A stretch of 48,981 nucleotides of DNA, filler included, from Bipalium vagum (taxonomy: Eukaryota), in NCBI GenBank assembly GCA_037834085.1. It is 3 parts of 3 records of this genome, joined end to end, with 100 filler letters (N's around TTAATTAATTAA, not from the genome) between each part and the next. Parts side by side here need not be neighbours in the genome. Positions count along the whole stretch, not along the records: positions 1 to 16,622 come from JBBMKC010101983.1; 2 more parts are not named here. One strand, written 5' to 3'. Below the pieces are notes generated by a model. It was not told the origin of the DNA, searched no databases, and saw nothing but the letters and a program-made list of their open reading frames with translations. Positions 1 through 13,540 of this stretch are shown here, in pieces (within the stretch, counting starts at the first letter, position 1; every line of letters starts with the position of its first letter). The position numbers and the translations under genes were made by a program.

Positions 1-282
1 TATACATTTACATATATCTCGTGAGTTTCGACATTAAGACTTGTATCAAGTTTCATTTCTTTAACATATTATTGAACTTATTTTTTACACCAATAGAAAT
101 CAAGAAAAATTATGAAAAGATCATATCTAATATCAAAAATAATGAAAAGAGAAAAGACGAAATTAACCATATAATTTATTGACTTACACTCAGCATTTAG
201 TTATTAAGTATATTACAACAATTTACCTATTGATTTGAGAATAAATACCTACATCTACACATGTGATGTGACGAATGGATAT

Positions 283-2767
283 TTAACCGCTTTTCCTCAC
301 GAGTTCCATTAATTTTTCTGTCGAAAACGATTTTGGTCGTTCAATTGGAAGGCCGAGGGCCCTGTCCCAAATCAAAGACGAGAGAACGCCTAAAGCTCGA
401 GAAACACCAAACAAAACTGTATAGAAATTGGTTTCTGTCATCCCGTAGTACTGAGATAGAAAAATCAATTATTTTCTTATTTTTGAAAAATATTTTAAAA
501 GTTCGTTAATTTTTTGAAATTTTTACTATTAATAATAAAAATTTATTTTTTGTCAGATATAAGACATCTATACTCATTGATTTCAAATTCAAACATTTTT
601 AGAGCTAATATTTATATTTTTAAAAATTCTCTCGACAATTAACTAATTAATCATAAGCAACAACGTATTATAATTGAGTTGGATTGTTAATTGTAGTGAC
701 TATGTATTGAATATCTTTACAAAAATAGCTAATTTCGAATGGGAAATGAATGATTTCAAATATCAATTTAGTCTTTGTCAGGTACCTGAAAAAGAGTTGT
801 TCTGAAACGTTTATCATCATTAAATGTCAGAAACCAATTATTGGGTTTTCCAGAAAGTCTTTTTGATTTTCGCATTATGAAGGATGTCAATAATTTTTTG
901 TATGTATGAGTGCAATAAACAGTTAATGTAATTTTTTATTATAGTATATATTAATATATAATATTTTTGTATATTGTACAAAAATTTCCATTTTTTTATA
1001 TACATAAACTTTATACGGGGCATTTTTGAAAATGCAAATTTAAAATAAACATTTTAGATATATTGCACTTTATTTCTTTAAAAACGCAAAACAGCTGCAG
1101 ACACATGGAAAACTATGTGGAGTCTATATCAAATATGTAATGACAGAACACACTTCCCAGATTTTGTTAACCAAATTTGGTTCCAGAAATTTCTGGTCGG
1201 CCAGTTCAACTTAATGAAGACCAATTAAAATCAATTATCAAAAATGACAGACATATTACTGTACTTGAGATCGCAAAGAAGATGGAATTTTCGAAACCAA
1301 TTATTGATAATCATTTAAGAAATCTGGGATATTGAAAAAGGCTTGATATTTGGCTCACACATAAACTTGATGAAATTCAGTTAACTCAAAATATCAATAT
1401 TTGTGACATGCTGCGCAAACGAAATCAAAGCAATTCATTTTTGAAAAACTTCATAACCGGTGACGAAAAATAGATTGTATACAATAATGTCAAATTCAAA
1501 AGATCAGGGTCAAAGTCTGACGAGACCACTCAAAGAATATCAACATGTGATACCCAGCAAATAAAGGTTATACTATCCATATGGCGGAATTACAAGGGTA
1601 ATATATACCTTGAGATATATACTATTTAAAAAGCAATTGATTAAAATGTATACTGATAACAACTATCAAAATTAAACGATTGCTTGCAGTAGAAACGCAC
1701 AGAATTGGTAAATCGTACACGTATAGTGTATCATCAAGACAACGCAAGTCCCCACACTTCAGAAATTAGTGAAACTTTGTTGAGATATGCTGCCAAAATA
1801 GAGCCCTAACATTGCACCAACAGATTGCTATCTGTTTCTCTCTTTAGAAAATTCTTTCACTGGGAAAACATTTGCAACTGATGACATCATAAAAACTTAC
1901 CTGGACAATTTCTTTGCTGGAAAAGATAAAAAATTTTATGAAGATGGAATAATGAAATGAAGATGGAAACTCGTTGTTGAAAAAAATGGTCAATATTTAA
2001 TATAATAAAATTGTATCTTCGTACAAAATATTGCGACTTTTATTATGCTTTATTTTTTTTTTTATTATTATTATTTTATTATGCTTTTTTTATTATTAAG
2101 ACTTTCCAGTATATATACGTTTGGAAAAGTGCAGCATCATATCTCATTTTAGAAAATAGCTATAAATTAATATTTTCGTTATTTTACTCAATGGAATAAT
2201 ATTTTAATGTGACCTTTCCCTCGATTTTCTAAAGCTCGTGTGTAAGTGTATTTGTAAAAAATCATGAGACCACATACAATAGCAAATGATTCTCGCCCAT
2301 TGGAATCGAAATGAAATGCACAAATACGAACAAAATATGTCTCGATTACCGATGCGGTACAGAAATTAAATAAATTAAATCAGTTTCTTCTATTACGTTT
2401 TACAATATAAATTTTTCAAATTTCCCTTAAATTTTACATATGTAATAGTGATTTTTTAAGTAAAATAAATAAATTCTTTCGAGTAGAAATTACACTTCAA
2501 CTTGAATGTTCTTCATTAGCCAATACTTTAGACTTAAATACGTAATCCCCCCGCACGTTTGAACATAAATAAAAATATATTTTTGCATTTTTTGCAAAAT
2601 ATGTAAATTAATTTATCAAAAATCAACAAATAAATGCGATCGTTTCAAAATTCAAAACAATCAATAAAATAAAATTTACATTATAAATTAGATAATATGC
2701 CCTATAATCATTAAATACAGACAATATTAGAAATTTTCAACTACCATACCTCTGTATCATGATTAGA

Positions 2768-2844
<77 letters not shown>

Positions 2845-5800
2845 CTTCCATCAATAAAATATGGGGAAAATATCAATTTAAAAACGAGCTATTTTCCAGT
2901 GGAGATATAATCGATATGGAAATTCCATAAAGGGAAGCAAGAAAAAATCAAACAAATGTTGTAATACACGGAGGAAATGATAGCGATTTACCTGCAGCAG
3001 TACACCGCTGTGTGCATCGACATTTGGGAATGGGTTTGCGATTTTGCTCTTCTTGCCCAAAACTTTTGGAACAATCTCGTATAACTGGCTAACAACTTTG
3101 AATAACGGATCTTTTGGCAGATGTTTCAAAGCGAACTCTCGTTGACACATATAACGAGGATCGGTTTTGCGAAGAACAGCGTGACCGTAGCCCGGTACAA
3201 CCTAAACGAAATGAAAGGATAAAAAACAACCAAATCAAATGACATCTGATTTTTTTGTTTATGTTGTAAGTACCTGTCCGGCAAGTAAAGTCTTTTCAAT
3301 GAAGTCCGTGATCTGATCATCTGTTGGTGTTTTACCGATAACTTCGATCATTTTCTGAACCCATCTCAGAACTTCCTGGTTAGCCAATCCGTGCAGCGGC
3401 CCAGCTAAGCCGCACATGGAAGCTGAGTAAGACAAATAAGGGTCAGCCAGAGCACTTCCCACCAAGTGACATGTGTGAGCACTGACATTACCACCCTGGA
3501 CATATTATTATAACGTGAAATTGATATTTATCAATTTATACAAAAAGTGCCAATAGAAATGCCCATAATATTTCCATTCAATAAATAATCGATTTATTCG
3601 AAAGAAATTCAAAATATTTTGTAAATTGAAATCAAAATTTTGTGCACAGATAATAGTGAGATAGACAATTTCTTTTAAACACATTATTTTAAATTGAACA
3701 TGTTCAAAAATTGATCGGTGAGAAATGAAAATTGCACAATCGTGACCTTTGACAGTGTAAATCTGTCAGTCACTTAAATTTTTGTCACGTATGATTAGGA
3801 ATTATCATGGAAAAAATTGAAACTGGTCTTTATGGTCCCTCAAAGTATTGATCCAATACTAATAAAAAACAGAAAATATCACCAATAAAATCAATAAATT
3901 CCATCTCAACATCAGAAAGTGATGATAAACAATAATATTATCAATATTTGTACCATCCCTTTCTGATATAATGATTACTTTGAAAATATAAAAGAGATTT
4001 TTATTTACTTACTTTCAATCACTGGAGGACGTAAATTATAAATTTGGACGAATTAATCAAACCTAGTTAACAATTATTGATTTACTATTTTTATTTTTCT
4101 ACCGATTTCTTTGAGAATTTGTAATAATGAATTTTTATTAATTTAAAGTTTTGAAAAATAAAATTTTCACTCGATCTTCCAAAATCGTATCAAACAAATT
4201 GCCATTTCTTAGCTTTACACGATTCTTTTTCATAAACTCGCACATGTAAGAAACCAATATGTTTTTATGTGTTCCATTATACCTTGTACAAATAATCGCA
4301 AATTCATGAATCAAAATCAGAATTGTAAAAAATTGGATTTTGTTAAATTTGCGGTGAATTAAAGCACAAGTAACTAAAAGTTATCGAAGTTCAGATTACC
4401 ATATCTGGTTTTCAACAAAGTGAGAAGTTTTCATATGAAAAATTGTGCTTTGGTTTCAAACAATATTCGACCTTTACTTTAATGAATTATTTCAAATTCA
4501 TGGTATAAAATCAAACAATGCCAAATAATCAACAAAAATAAAGATGCTTGTCGGCAAACATATTATTTAGCATCAACACTCATTTCATTTCAAATATTAT
4601 CATTGCCAATGCTTTTTGTTCAAATAACAAGTGCAAGCTTTATTGATTAAAAACACAGTAGCTAAAAGATGAACAAAATCACTTAATATTTTAGAATAGA
4701 ATTTAATGATTAAAAATTAATGACGAAGACGGCCACCCAACTTCAGATAAAAGTTCATTAGACATCGTCACATTGTGTATTGACCATTGGTCTCAATTTA
4801 ACAAGCATCAATTTAAAATTTTTTAAAATTAATTAAATGAAAATTAAACTGTTAAAATAAGTTTTACGCCATTTCGGAAACTAATTTCAATTTTTAGCAA
4901 TTTTGTCTAATAATAAAATATTAATTATCCTAAATTAATTTACACAGAGGAATTGTATTATTTTTCCAATGAAAATTTTATTTTTAAGAAATTAATAGTT
5001 AAAAAGAACTGTTTAAAATTTGTCGTTAAAAGAAATTGATATTTCTTTTATTAATAAACAGCAAAACATATCTTTCTATATTAATGCAATTGGCAAGCAG
5101 CATAAACATAGTAAATTTAGATTTCAAAAACTAAAAATGGACATAAAAAACTGAATCAACGAGCTGAGACAATATATAAGAAACTATCAGTTATTTTTCC
5201 GATGAGATTTATTGTTTAAATGTGATTTAACACAATCAATTGATTGAAAAAAATGGTTTGTTAAAGAAAACATTTTAAAATTGCAATAAATTTTAAAATC
5301 TACAAGTTTTCTTGAAGTAATTATGGTCAGAAAAAATTGCTAATTCTTTTATTACAAGTTAAAGGAGGACAAAAAATTTTCTTGAAATCTCAAAAGTAAA
5401 GAATTAAAAAAAATTCAAAATTAATAAAATGTTTTAAATATTTGATCGAAACATTAAATTTTTAAAAAAGCTCTTAGACAATATTGAAGCATTAAATTCA
5501 AATATTTTCTTAAGTTGAAAAATATTTTAAAAATATCTTATTGAAGAAAAAATTACAATTGTTATTCAAAAATATGATCATTTTATTAATAGAAAAGTGA
5601 TTATAAAATGATTAACGAATTATTAAAATAAGTTTTTTAAAAAAAATTAAAAAGCGAAAAAATGAAAAAACAAATTAAAGATAATTAATAATGTATGGAA
5701 AATAGTTTATTTGTTCTGATTTTAGAAAATTTATTTTTAATCTTAATCAAAAATTCAAAAAGATAAAAAAATGTAATTTGTATTTTTATTTCAATGCTTT

Positions 5801-8800
5801 TTTGTTTAAAATTTCAAAAGAATCCGTCTACTTAACAGAATTTCTTTATTTTAGTTAGTATTTGGTCTTAATGTAAATGTTTACGAAAATTTATAAAAAC
5901 AAGCCATTGAGAAAAGTATATAAAAATAAATATACCATTTTAAGTTAATCAATAAAGGCAAAGAAATCACTATTATGGAAAGCACATAAAACGTGAATTT
6001 AAAAATCTTATTTTATATGAATAATGTCATATATTATTTTGATAAATTTACTTTTTATTAAGAATTTAAATTTTATTAATAATAAATATTAACAAATCTT
6101 GAAACTGATTTTTAGAAAATCTTAATCAAGATCTTTCAGATAAAAAAAATTATAAATATAAAAATAGAAGTGTTATCATAAATATAAATATAAATATATC
6201 TTTGGAAGTAATAAATAGAAAATACTTCACTTTCTACTAATCAAAATTATTAGACAAATTTTAAACATTTAAGAGAACTCAAAAAATAAAATAATAATTA
6301 AAATTTCGACTTAATATGTAAATAAATAAAACTAAAAGGAAATTCATTGAAATAATAAAAAATAATTTTAATTAAATAACATTCAAATTAACATTGAAGA
6401 ACCTCTAAAAATCTGTTGCTTAAAGATAAATTATAACCACAGAATGATTTAAGAACACTGAATAAATAGTAATAAAATCATTAGTGGACTGAATTAACAA
6501 AAAATTTTAATTTCTGAAATCGATTAATTTAAATATACAATGTCTCAGTAGAACCGTTTGGATTATGGTTCTAATTTCATTTTTACTCGAACCCACGCTA
6601 TTGTGACAGTTAATGTAAAGCGGATATTATAATTAGAAATTAAAGAAAATAAGATTATACATAATAAATGATTTTATTAAATTAATCAATAATCCTAATC
6701 TTCTAATGAAGTGATTATCCATGGTGATAAAGTAAATAATTTTTTATTAATGACGAATTACGTATTGTGATATCATTGTTACTATAGATTGTTTTTCTTT
6801 GTTCACAACTAGTTTACAAAAATGACAATGATAACCTGACCACCAGAATCAAAAATCTATTTCATACTAAAATTTTTGTTTAAATTTGAATTAGACTATT
6901 GAAACCACGTAGACTAAAAAGTAATTCAAAACAAGACTATTGATCGTTTATGGTAAAATATTAGATCAAAATTTAATCAATAAAAATAAATAATCATAAA
7001 TTAAAATCAACAATTGCAAATTAGTGAAACAGATATCAGAGATGAAATCCTAGATCAAGAACTGTTGATTATTCAATTTTTAAAATTATATATTGATTAA
7101 ATATTGATATTAATGTCGATAAAATAAATGACTATATAAAAGCATCTGAAGCTAAAATTTATAAAAACAGTTAAACCTACCTCATGGTCGCTGTGAATTG
7201 TCAGATAAAGTCTCATTAATTCTGTGAAAGTTTGATCTTCGTAGCCGAGCATTCGTGCAAAGTTTTCCGACCAATCTTTATTGTTATCAATACATCCGAC
7301 TGAAGTACCGTCTCGGTACAAATTACGGTATATCATAGCAGCCACCGTCGGAAGTTTGGCTATGAGATCCATGGCATCTTCATATGCTGATTCCCAATAA
7401 ACTGCTTTGTTGACGCCCTCGTTGTACGCTTTTACAAACTTTGATTCGGAATTAAGAACCGCTGCTGCAGCAGCCAGTTGACTCATTGGATGAAGATTGG
7501 ATGGGAAATTGTTGATCATACTCACAACATGACTGGGCAAGTCGGCCCTGTTAGCCCATTCTTTGGAAATCCATTTCACCTGTAAGATAAAAGAACAAAG
7601 AAATGAATTCATCAACTTTATACCGAGAATATTACTTGATCTTGACTAGGTATTTTGCTTGTTAATAACAAGAAAAATAAGCCCTCTGGCAACGGTTGCT
7701 CCCCTCCTGCAGCCTTTGGCAATAATTTCTGACATTCAGGAATTGAGTAGCCACGAAATCGAATGCCCTCTTCAGGATCCAAAACGGAAGTTTCTGTTAC
7801 AAGACCTTTAATTCCTCGCATACCCCCATACATCTGGAATGTTATAAATAAAACAGTTGAATCTTTAAAAATTATGTTTTTTCAAGACGAAATAAGATGA
7901 AACATATTATCTATTCAAATTATTATATTCAAATCATTTCAAAATTACCATTGAAAAAATCAATGATAAAGCTTGTTTTAATAGAGATAAATCTTAACAG
8001 AATGAGCAATGTGATGAAAATCAATTAAAGATTACAAGCTTTTCTGAAAACTAAAGTAGAACTTTAACAAAATTTTAGCGGTAGATGAAAATATTTTATT
8101 GATGACACTCCTTCAAATAAAGTCCAAAGTATCAATTGATAACAACTGCATATTCTTAATGAAAATTTTATTTTTATTAAAGGTATTTTGTGTTGCAAAT
8201 ACATTAAGAGATACATATCTGTTTAGTTTGGTCTTCACTGTTTATTATTTAATTATTTATCCATATATAATTGTACTTATTATTTATTTATTGAATTTCT
8301 TTTTAAATATTAGAAAAAAGGTAATTAAATTTTAGTACTATGTGCAACCGGCATGTACTTTTTACGATATAACGTAGAATTTATTTATCAATAAGAATTG
8401 TTAGGACATTTCTAAAATTAAATTATGAACTTTTTTGATATCCACCGACTGATTTATTCATAACTTGTTACACATTACAGTAAAGTTAAGATTAAAAGAT
8501 CATGGCTACGAAGTTCTTGCTCACCCACTATATTCACCTATTATTCACCAATTTTCACCTTTGCAGTATCTTGATCAATTTTAATAAAATCAGTTCCACA
8601 TCAAGCGAGCCTTTGCCATTTTGATCTTCATCACACTAACCATTAATAATAAAAACATTCAAAAAATGGTTTCTATTTTACATGGCATGATAGCAAACAA
8701 GGTATTCAAATAGTGAATACTTCATTGAATAAATGTAATATTTTCATTTTGCAGTTTTATTTTCATATCTCGGGGATATTTCATATTTAAATACCTAATA

Positions 8801-10712
8801 TATAGTTTAATTTGAAAGGAGTGTTTTACGAAAAGTTGGAACTGAAAATTATTTTTTTTAAGATTTCTTTGCGAAATTCCTTATACACCAACCTAATATA
8901 TCTAATAACCCTTTGTTACGAATTTGAGTTTTTAGAGTTTATTATTTAATCAATATTTTTAATTTTAAAAATTCATGTAGTTTTTGGTTTTCCGTGATTA
9001 GTTTTGTGGTAATAACAATAATAAAAATTATAATATTTTAAAAACCCAAAAATAATTGTAGGATTAATGAATATTAATTAAATCAGTGTCGACCAAGATG
9101 GTAATAAATCATGCTTTAAGAGCTATATGAAGACATCTTCAGTAATAATTAATTATTTTTGAAATTATTCTTTATTGAGCAACCGGATTGGTTGAGGTGC
9201 TAGTTATGGTAGAATAAATACATAACCAAAATCAGTTAATTTACCTCAGAATCAAAGTTTTCTCTATTGGAAAAAGAAAGAGAAACACGACGAAGGTTAT
9301 TGTGGGTATTGTTGTTGAAATTACAGAAAATTATTGCACTTATAATGTTACAAATTAACAAACACTTCTTGTACTTATTGTATTCAGTCTAATGAAAATC
9401 TGTAAAATGAATGTGACAAAAAATTATGCAATTAATCATTTTCTCTGATTTTCGATGTTGATTGAGAGTTCACAAAACAACCTCTAGTCCTCATTTGGTA
9501 CTATTTATTTCTTTACATTTTCTAATTCTATTCGCTAACATCAATTATTTTTTCTAATGATTTCTTGATTAACATAATCATAGAATATTTTGAAGAAAAC
9601 TTCGGGGAAAAACATATAGAAATAAAACTAAAAATAAAATGTTATAGTAAATATCAGTTTTCAGAACATTGATTAAAACAAGGCTGGTTTAATATATTTA
9701 AAGATTATTTGGAAATCTTTAAAATTTGAAATTGGGAGTTAGTATTTCACAACCGAAAGAGAAAAAATTTTAAAGATTAATAAAATGTATTAATTTAATT
9801 AACATGATTGAAGCAAAATGCAAAATAGGAATAAATGTTCTTAAATCCAACATAAGCAAAATTTCTGGTACTATTGTACTTAACGTATATATATATATAA
9901 TTAAAAGTAAGAATTTTTAATGTTTATTTTACATATAATTTACAGATTTTTGTGGAGAGAAGTATTTGGTGAACGCTCTCAAATATTTTACAATTTTTGG
10001 AGCCACGTAATAAAATTTTACCCCATGTGAATATGAAATCTGTAAATTTTGTGTTAAATAAACATTAAAAATTTTTTACTTTTAATTATACATATATATT
10101 TTACTTTCAAATAAAAGAAATAAATCAAAATTTAAAAGTTTTTAATTTCTTAAAAAAGTGGGGTACGTTAAGTACAATAGTACCAAATTTCTTAATATTG
10201 AATTAAGAATTTGTTAGGCCTCAAATTATAAAAGCAAAAATTAAATTTATCTTCATATCTCGAATACCCTTTAAATAGATATAACTGAGCATTACATTTT
10301 CTAATTTAAGTTTTATCGTATTTTATTGTTCAAAAGCAGCTGCTAAAAATATGCGTAAATCAAAAATGCATACTTTGTATATTTTAAATCTCATTATATC
10401 AATACAACATACTAATACGAATTACATACCATATCAATGCTAACATCTCCAACTTTGACACTTCCATGTTGTTTACGAAATTCTGCTACTTTTTTCTGTT
10501 CTTTAGTAATTGTGTCCGCCAAAATATCTTTTAAATTCTTTATAAAAATATTAAGTTTTTCAAACTATCAAACTAAAATAGAAATTACAATTGTAGATGC
10601 AGATCTAATATTCCGAATGTTGTAATTAGTAATAACCTAAATTATTATTGCAAATAACCATAAATGTTATAAAATTTAAAACAACTTTTGCTAAGCTTTT
10701 CAGGACCTTCAT
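283..10712 (-). CDS. CS: Mitochondrial citrate synthase, 8 coding exons, 459 aa
   Basis: Exons (minus strand): 10712-10686 (MKVLKSLAK), 10636-10589, 10537-10430 ([16 protein letters not shown]...VSIDM), 7833-7636 ([12 protein letters not shown]), 7579-7181 (...HSDHE), 3495-3274 (GGNVSAH...[11 protein letters not shown]), 3201-2992 ([13 protein letters not shown]...PNVDAHSG), 450-283 (YYGMTE...RPKS...stop). All introns are GT-AG and phase 0 (49, 51, 2596, 56, 3685, 72, 2541 nt); total 1380 nt in frame. The catalytic His/His/Asp motifs are present and the N-terminus is basic like a presequence. Exon 1 is the least certain. Confidence 0.96.
839..2110 (+). mobile_element. Decayed mariner (DD34D) transposon in citrate synthase intron 7
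   Basis: Broken frames give ITGDEK*IVYNN (~1453-1488), HQDNASPHT (~1732-1758) and [17 protein letters not shown] (~1802-1852). Left end TATTGGGTTTTCCAGAAAGTCTT is mariner-TIR-like; only AAGACTTTC of its complement remains at ~2098. Many stops and frameshifts. Confidence 0.85.
2768..2844. repeat. (ATT)n microsatellite, ~25 units
   Basis: Perfect trinucleotide tract read directly from the sequence. Confidence 0.98.
8340..8900 (+). mobile_element. Mariner transposase 3' remnant and mariner-type right ends in citrate synthase intron 3
   Basis: [12 protein letters not shown] at ~8504-8540 (WEVLPHPPYSPDL motif). Two ...ACCTAATA mariner-type right termini at ~8800 and ~8898. Boundaries approximate. 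Confidence 0.6.
9867..10184. mobile_element. Non-autonomous Merlin-type MITE (21-bp perfect TIR, 8-bp TSD)
   Basis: TIR GGTACTATTGTACTTAACGTA (9867-9887) and its exact complement (10164-10184), flanked by the direct repeat AAATTTCT (9859-9866 and 10185-10192). A GG-start TIR with an 8-bp TSD fits the Merlin superfamily. Confidence 0.8.
9888..10098. repeat. Internal ~60-bp inverted repeat pair (probable second MITE nested in the Merlin MITE)
   Basis: 9888-9949 (TATATATAATTAAAAGTAAGAATTTTTAATGTTTATTTTACATATAATTTACAGATTT) is the near-complement of 10036-10098. The ends lie in TA runs. Confidence 0.7.
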
Positions 10713-12994
10713 AATCTAACAAATCAAAATTAATTAATTAATAATCTAAATAGTTCATTTAAAGAAATTTTATGAAAATATAATATAAATTTATTATAAT
10801 TGTTTTTTATAAGCTTACTTTAAAATAATAGGTAACATATAACTTAACTACCAATTTAAGATTTTAAATTTTTATACAAATGAAAATTTTGTTTAATTCA
10901 AAATATAAATAATTCTGCACTGATTCAAAAATTCGTAATATTTTATTAATAATAAATATAAAAATTGTTAATTTTTTATTATTCTTTTTTAAAATAAACT
11001 TTTAATTAATGATAAAGAAGCTAAATATTATTTTATTAACATAATTTGTTTTTTTATTCATACTCTATCAAATGATAATGCAAAAAACGGAGATTCTTAC
11101 CTAGCCTATCTTGATCGAAGTCTTCGTTAAACCTCCAGGACTGATGATCATTCGAAAAGGGATGTGTTTGAGGCTTGGGTTAGAGATATCTGGATATTTG
11201 TGCTACTTTTTCTTTGATTTTGTTTGGATAAACATGTTAAGTAATCATTTATTATATTACCATTACAATTAATACTACATAAGTCAATAAATATCATGAA
11301 ACTATGATAGATAAAGTTTTAAATGTAAAAAAATACAAATTCTTACGAATAAAGAACATGGTTATCTTATGAAAAATTCAATGATCTTGTTTACACTTTG
11401 ACATTCATTGACATTTGTTTAGTTTGCTATTCACGTTTTTATTAATTTGTTTAATTTTTATTTGATTTCATTATTTTAAAGAAAAGGAACATGTAGATGT
11501 TTTTAATGTGATCCCTCATAATTCTGTTCTTATAAATAGTATTTATTTGTAATTGGTTCTTTGTATTATTTCTAAAATTAAATTAAGTAATTATCTCTTA
11601 AGTTTCTCAGATAATTAATTAAAGTAATAAAAATTAATTACATTTTGAAAAATTGTAATATAAGCTGAGGTCATTTTGAGGAATAAGTTTGTGGATTATA
11701 TATATTACATAGGTATATAGATAATGCTGCCTTAGGATGACACACAAGGTTCCGGCTTATTTAAAGAGAATTTCATACATCTGATTAGTTAAAATTGTCT
11801 TATAGATTTTTAAAAATAAAAGGTTTTAGGTATAATTAGTAAAGAGAAACTATATCTATTTCTCGCTCCTTCTAATTATGCAAAAATCATTTTAATTGGA
11901 TTAATAATTTACTTGTTATGATCAAAAGTCAAATATTTGAAGGAATAGAAAACTTTTTTCTACAAAGAATTTTAATTTGAAAATATATGGATTACAGATT
12001 TTAAGATGTTTTATTTGATAGAATCAAAATGATTTTCTGAAAATTATAATTTTGAATATTTGATATTCAGATTTTTTATTTATTTAAATTAAAAAAACAT
12101 TAGTTATTAATATTACTCAAAAAATATCACTTACAAAATCGTCAACATCAACCACACAATGTTTCACTATTAATTATAAGTTAGTCATCGGCTCTAGGAA
12201 TCATACCGCATAAGTCCAGTTCCTCAAGTTTACGCCAATAAGTTGTTTTCCGAGTACTCCAATCAGTCGTCACACGACACCCTCAAAATAAATAAATCAC
12301 GCTACTAATATGTTACTATCTAACTTAGGCACAGGTAACCTAAGTTAGAACTCTGACTCTTCACTATTCACTGTTGTGTTCGCTAGCTTTTACAATCACT
12401 CACTACTAATTCGAATCCCTATTTCAATCAAAATAGTCACTATAAGCCTTATTTGCTTGCAAATGAATTTAAACAATATTATTTTAAATATTAAATTATG
12501 TATCACTATAAACTTTATCTTATATATGCACAAGTGAATCAACATAATCACAATAAAACTATTTCTCACAATAATACAACTTGCAAAGTTCTAAATCACA
12601 GCAAAGATATAGGTTATTAATTAATAACAAGGAATCACCCAATCCATCTTTATTTCTTTTAGCTTCTGTTCTTTTATCTATTTTACCTATGTGTTATTTT
12701 AACTAAGTTGATTTTTTAAAAGCTATTTTTATGACTCTTCTTTAATATCATTCCATGTTGTAAATACCATTATAACATTGAACCTTCTATTATATAATTA
12801 TATTTATTAAATTGGTTTAACATTAATTTTTCTGAGATATTTGAAATATTATTTATAATTTTATAAGTTGATAACATACATTCTCTTATCTTTTTCCTGA
12901 ACAGAATGGAAAATATTTAGTTTATTCATGTAATTCAAAAAGATATTCTTAATCAACTACAAATAAGACAAATGGTAAGTTTTCTAAAGATTGA

Positions 12995-13225
12995 ATTACT
13001 GGGAGCAAGCAGGTTATTAGAAAAATTAAAGCCTTTAGTAATATACAGGTCAAAAAAACCTCATTGTTTGAAAAATTTCGATATAGAAAAATTACCTGTT
13101 TATTATCATTTGAATATATGATCTTGGATAACTTGACAATTTTTCAAAATTGGTTAACAAATTTAAAAACAGTATAATGAAACCAGGTGGAAAAATTTTA
13201 ATATTGTTAGACATCTATTATAACG
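12995..13225 (+). mobile_element. pogo/Tigger DDE transposase fragment
   Basis: EKLKPLVIYRSKKPHCLKNFDIEKLPVYY, then a frameshifted W...FFQNWL...KILILLD, typical of the pogo/CENP-B DDE_1 domain. Confidence 0.7.
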
Positions 13226-13299
13226 TCGGACAAAAATGATGTTTTTTATTTATATGTTTATATATTATACTAAAAAAAAGTACTATTGAGAAAATAAAA

Positions 13300-13540
13300 G
13301 AAGAATGTCCAAATATTTTTATTAAAACCGGCGGTGATTGGATGGAGTCCACGATGCCTCATAGAGGCGATGACATTCAACAAGCTATTACAAATAATAC
13401 ATTTTCAAATAGGTTTACCATAGGAAAATATTCAGGAGAATTACATTTAAAATCTTGAAAACCTTTTAAAACAAATGCGGTCACAGATTTCTGTGGGCCA
13501 GAGTCAGATATTGATTAAAGATTAGAAAACTATAATGAAT
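13300..13540 (+). pseudogene. Probable Polinton/adintovirus phospholipase-A2-like (parvoviral-type) gene remnant
   Basis: GDDIQQAI...GELHLKS*KPFKTNAVTDFCGPESDID*RL resembles the ELH..GY.FCGPGTKL..RL motif of PLA2-like proteins in Polintons. Two in-frame stops; truncated before the catalytic HD. Confidence 0.45.

Noticed and set aside
9245-9401. AG...GT-bounded segment in citrate synthase intron 3 as an alternative exon
   Set aside because: Stops in all three minus-strand frames, and the protein is complete without it.
11133-11196. Possible hammerhead ribozyme (CTGATGA...GAAA, with TCCAGGA/TCTGGA as stem I)
   Set aside because: Stem II cannot close (T...C) and there is no stem III pairing.
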